From: Candidatus Zixiibacteriota bacterium
GTDB lineage: Bacteria > RBG-13-66-14 > B26-G2 > WVWN01
Assembly: GCA_050117845.1 (NCBI GenBank)
Contig: JASFLY010000040.1
Span: forward strand, 1-19,026
Direction of reading: 5' to 3'
Length of the DNA stretch: 19,026 nt
Part shown: piece by piece, positions 16,547 to 19,026 of the stretch
Position numbering within the stretch: position 1 is the first letter of the stretch
Layout: the number at the start of each line of letters is the position of its first letter
The notes under the pieces: generated by a model
What the model was told of the DNA's origin: nothing
The model's input: the letters and a program-made list of their open reading frames with translations, nothing else
The model's database searches: none
Made by a program: the position numbers and the translations under genes

Positions 16547-17902
16547 TTGATCCCCCAAAACATCTTCCGGGAATACGACATCCGCGGCATGGTGGACGAG
16601 GAGCTCACCCCCGAGGTCGTCACGGCCATCGGCAAGGGCGTCGCCACCTATTTTAGAGGGCACGGCAAGGAGGTCGCGCTGTTGTGCCGCGACAACCGCC
16701 CCTCGAGCGAGCCGTTCGCCGAGCGGCTGGCGGCGGAGTTCCAGGCCGCCGGCCTGGACGTCGTCGACCTGGGCCTCGCGCCCACGCCCGCTTTCTACTT
16801 CGCGACGCGGGAGTACGCCCCGGGCGAGGCGGGCGTCATGGTCACCGGCAGCCACAACCCGCCGCAGTTCAACGGCTTCAAGATAAGCTGCGGCGAGGGG
16901 ACGATTTACGGGGACGAAATCCGGCGGCTGGCCGAGATAATCGACGCCGGCGAATTCGCCTCCGGCCGCGGGACCTACGCCGTGCGCGACGTCATCGACG
17001 ACTACCGCCGGGCCCTGCTGGAGCGGGTGGACGTTACGCGCCCCATAAAGATAGTGGCGGACGCCGGGAACGCCATGGCCTCGCTCCTCATGCCGGAACT
17101 GCTGTCCGACGCGGGGTGCGACGCCGACGGCCTGTACTGCGAACTGGACGGCTCCTTCCCCCACCACTGGCCGGACCCGACGGTCCCCGAGAACGTGGCG
17201 GACCTCGTGGCCCGGGTGGCCGAGACCGGCGCGGCCGCCGGCGTGGCCTTCGACGGCGACGCGGACCGTATCGGCGCGGTGGACGACCGCGGCCGGATTA
17301 TCTGGGGAGACAAACTGCTCGCGCTCTACTCCCGGCCCATCCTGGAAAAGAACCCCGGGGCGAAGATAGTCTTCGAGGTAAAATGCTCGCAGGCGCTGGC
17401 CGAGGCGGTCGAGGCTCAGGGCGGCACGCCGCTTATGTGGAAGACGGGCCACTCGCTCATAGAGGCCAAGATTCGCGAGGAGAACGCGCTCCTGGCCGGC
17501 GAGATGAGCGGCCACATATACTTCGCGGACCGCTACTTCGGATACGACGACGCGCTGTACGCGGCGCTGCGGCTGGCCGAACTCGTGGCCCGGGCGGACG
17601 AACCGTTGAGCGCCCTCGTCGACCGCATCCCCCGGTACTTCGCGACGCCCGAAATCCGCGTCGACTGTCCCGACGACTTCAAATTCGAAGCGGTCGAAAA
17701 GATAAAGAAGCGCTTCGCGGGCCGGAAGATAATAGACGTGGACGGGGCGCGGATCATCTTCGACGGCGGCTGGGGGTTGGTACGGGCGTCGAACACCCAG
17801 CCGGCGCTCGTACTCCGCTTCGAGGCCGATACGGAAGAGAGGCTCGCCGCCATCCAAGGCGAGGTCGAAAACGGCCTCGGCGAGATTCTGGCCGGGGTTT
17901 AA
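16547..17902 (+). CDS. Phosphomannomutase/phosphoglucomutase (AlgC-like)
   Basis: IFREYDIRG, TGSHNP, FDGDADR, GEMSGH and VRASNTQP. AAGGAGG SD, with TGTTATAAT upstream. Confidence 0.95.
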   Translation: MIPQNIFREYDIRGMVDEELTPEVVTAIGKGVATYFRGHGKEVALLCRDNRPSSEPFAERLAAEFQAAGLDVVDLGLAPTPAFYFATREYAPGEAGVMVTGSHNPPQFNGFKISCGEGTIYGDEIRRLAEIIDAGEFASGRGTYAVRDVIDDYRRALLERVDVTRPIKIVADAGNAMASLLMPELLSDAGCDADGLYCELDGSFPHHWPDPTVPENVADLVARVAETGAAAGVAFDGDADRIGAVDDRGRIIWGDKLLALYSRPILEKNPGAKIVFEVKCSQALAEAVEAQGGTPLMWKTGHSLIEAKIREENALLAGEMSGHIYFADRYFGYDDALYAALRLAELVARADEPLSALVDRIPRYFATPEIRVDCPDDFKFEAVEKIKKRFAGRKIIDVDGARIIFDGGWGLVRASNTQPALVLRFEADTEERLAAIQGEVENGLGEILAGV

Positions 17903-17925
17903 GGAAGGGGACCGGCGTTTTATAC

Positions 17926-17954
17926 TTGACAGCCCTCCCCCGCCGAATTATTAT
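17926..17954 (+). promoter_or_regulatory. sigma70 promoter for the C25 peptidase gene
   Basis: TTGACA (17926-17931)-N17-TATTAT (17949-17954). Confidence 0.65.
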
Positions 17955-18049
17955 ATATTAGAGGGTAAGTAATGAAAGGTAGGTGATGGTGGGTAAACGC
18001 TTAGCCATCAATAGGTGAAAATAAATCCCTAACGAAAGGAAGAACCCGC

Positions 18050-19026
18050 ATGAAAAAATCCTTTTTAATCCTGACCTGCCTCATGGTAGTCGGCGGGTCA
18101 ATGGCTTGGGCCGAAACGGTAGCCCTTTCGGGTTCCGGCTCGCCGACGCCAGCAGCCGCGGTAGTTTCCGATACCGCGACCGAGACCGTCATTACTTACA
18201 ATCTCGACGGTTTCGTCCGCGAGAAGGTCGCGGCGGAAGGTAGCACGTACGACCATATCCGCCTCGAAGGCCGCGGATGCTCGGACGAGGTCGGCCTCCC
18301 GGAAATGCCGGCTATCAACGAAACGGTCATGATCCCGGGCGACCGGAAAGTGCGCGTGGACATAGTCACGTGGGACGAAGTTACCCTCGCGGACTATAAC
18401 GTGCTTCCGTTCCAGACGCCCGCCACGGACCTCGACGCCGAACTGCCCTTCGTTTGCGACGACGCTTTCTACGCGGGCAACACGAGTTACCCGAAGGCTA
18501 AAGTCGAGTTGGGTACGCCGGGCATTTTCCGCGATATCCGGGTCGTCTCGCTCCGGGTCAACCCGTTCCGCTGGAACCCCGCTACGAAGGAACTCACGGT
18601 CGCGACGAAAATAGCCGTCAAACTGACCTACTACGGCCAGGGCGAAATCAACACCAAGGCTGACTCGCCGTACCGTTGCGAAGGCTTCGAGCCTCTCTAC
18701 CGGGCCAGCGTTATTAACTACAAACCCGGCCTGAAGAATCCCGGCTTGGACGCCAACCTCACCAACGCCCAGCACCTCTTCATCTGCTATCCCGACTACG
18801 AGGACGAAGCGGAAGCTTATGCCGAGTTCCTCAACAAAATGGGGATATATACCAAAGTCGTGACCACGACGACCACCGGGACGACCAAAGAAAACATCAA
18901 AGCGTACATCCAGTCGGAGTACGATTCCGTTTCCCCGGCCGTCCTCGAGTACGTCCTGCTCGTCGGTGACATCGACTACGTCGCGGCCGGCTACTGGCCC
19001 GGCTACAGCATGACTGCCGATTACTG
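18050..19026 (+). CDS. Secreted C25-family (gingipain-like) cysteine peptidase with propeptide (3' partial)
   Basis: Not in the ORF track. MKKSFLILTCLMVVGGSMAWA signal, then GLPEMP..VMIP, PGIFRDIRVVSLRVNPFRWNP, FEPLYRASVINY and IKAYI..YVLLVGD. Open to the window end. Confidence 0.85.
   Translation, partial: MKKSFLILTCLMVVGGSMAWAETVALSGSGSPTPAAAVVSDTATETVITYNLDGFVREKVAAEGSTYDHIRLEGRGCSDEVGLPEMPAINETVMIPGDRKVRVDIVTWDEVTLADYNVLPFQTPATDLDAELPFVCDDAFYAGNTSYPKAKVELGTPGIFRDIRVVSLRVNPFRWNPATKELTVATKIAVKLTYYGQGEINTKADSPYRCEGFEPLYRASVINYKPGLKNPGLDANLTNAQHLFICYPDYEDEAEAYAEFLNKMGIYTKVVTTTTTGTTKENIKAYIQSEYDSVSPAVLEYVLLVGDIDYVAAGYWPGYSMTADY

Overview
GC-rich bacterial chromosomal window with no mobile element, CRISPR array, rRNA or tRNA that I can support. 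Recognisable genes: partial secreted protein, hypothetical, Hsp20-lon, selA (N-terminally short) divergent from miaA, a lipoprotein, an FmdB-type zinc ribbon, a CoA-binding protein, trxB, DUF362- and DUF1844-like genes, bifunctional homocysteine methyltransferase/MTHFR, class II ribonucleotide reductase (nrdJ) with NrdR boxes, a histone H1-like basic protein, a second lipoprotein, PMM/PGM and a partial C25 (gingipain-like) peptidase. The main signal is missed by the ORF track. About 1.5-3.7 kb from selA, the trxB operon appears to encode three small selenoproteins with in-frame UGA at Cys-like positions, each followed by a SECIS-like hairpin: an FmdB zinc ribbon ending CxxC...UxC, and two tandem two-helix membrane proteins (DUF6132-like) with C-x4-U and C-x3-U loops. 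Also notable are probable leaderless divergent selA/miaA transcripts and a 16-aa Lys-rich micropeptide with its own promoter, long structured leader, perfect SD and terminator. All family names come from motif recognition, not database searches.
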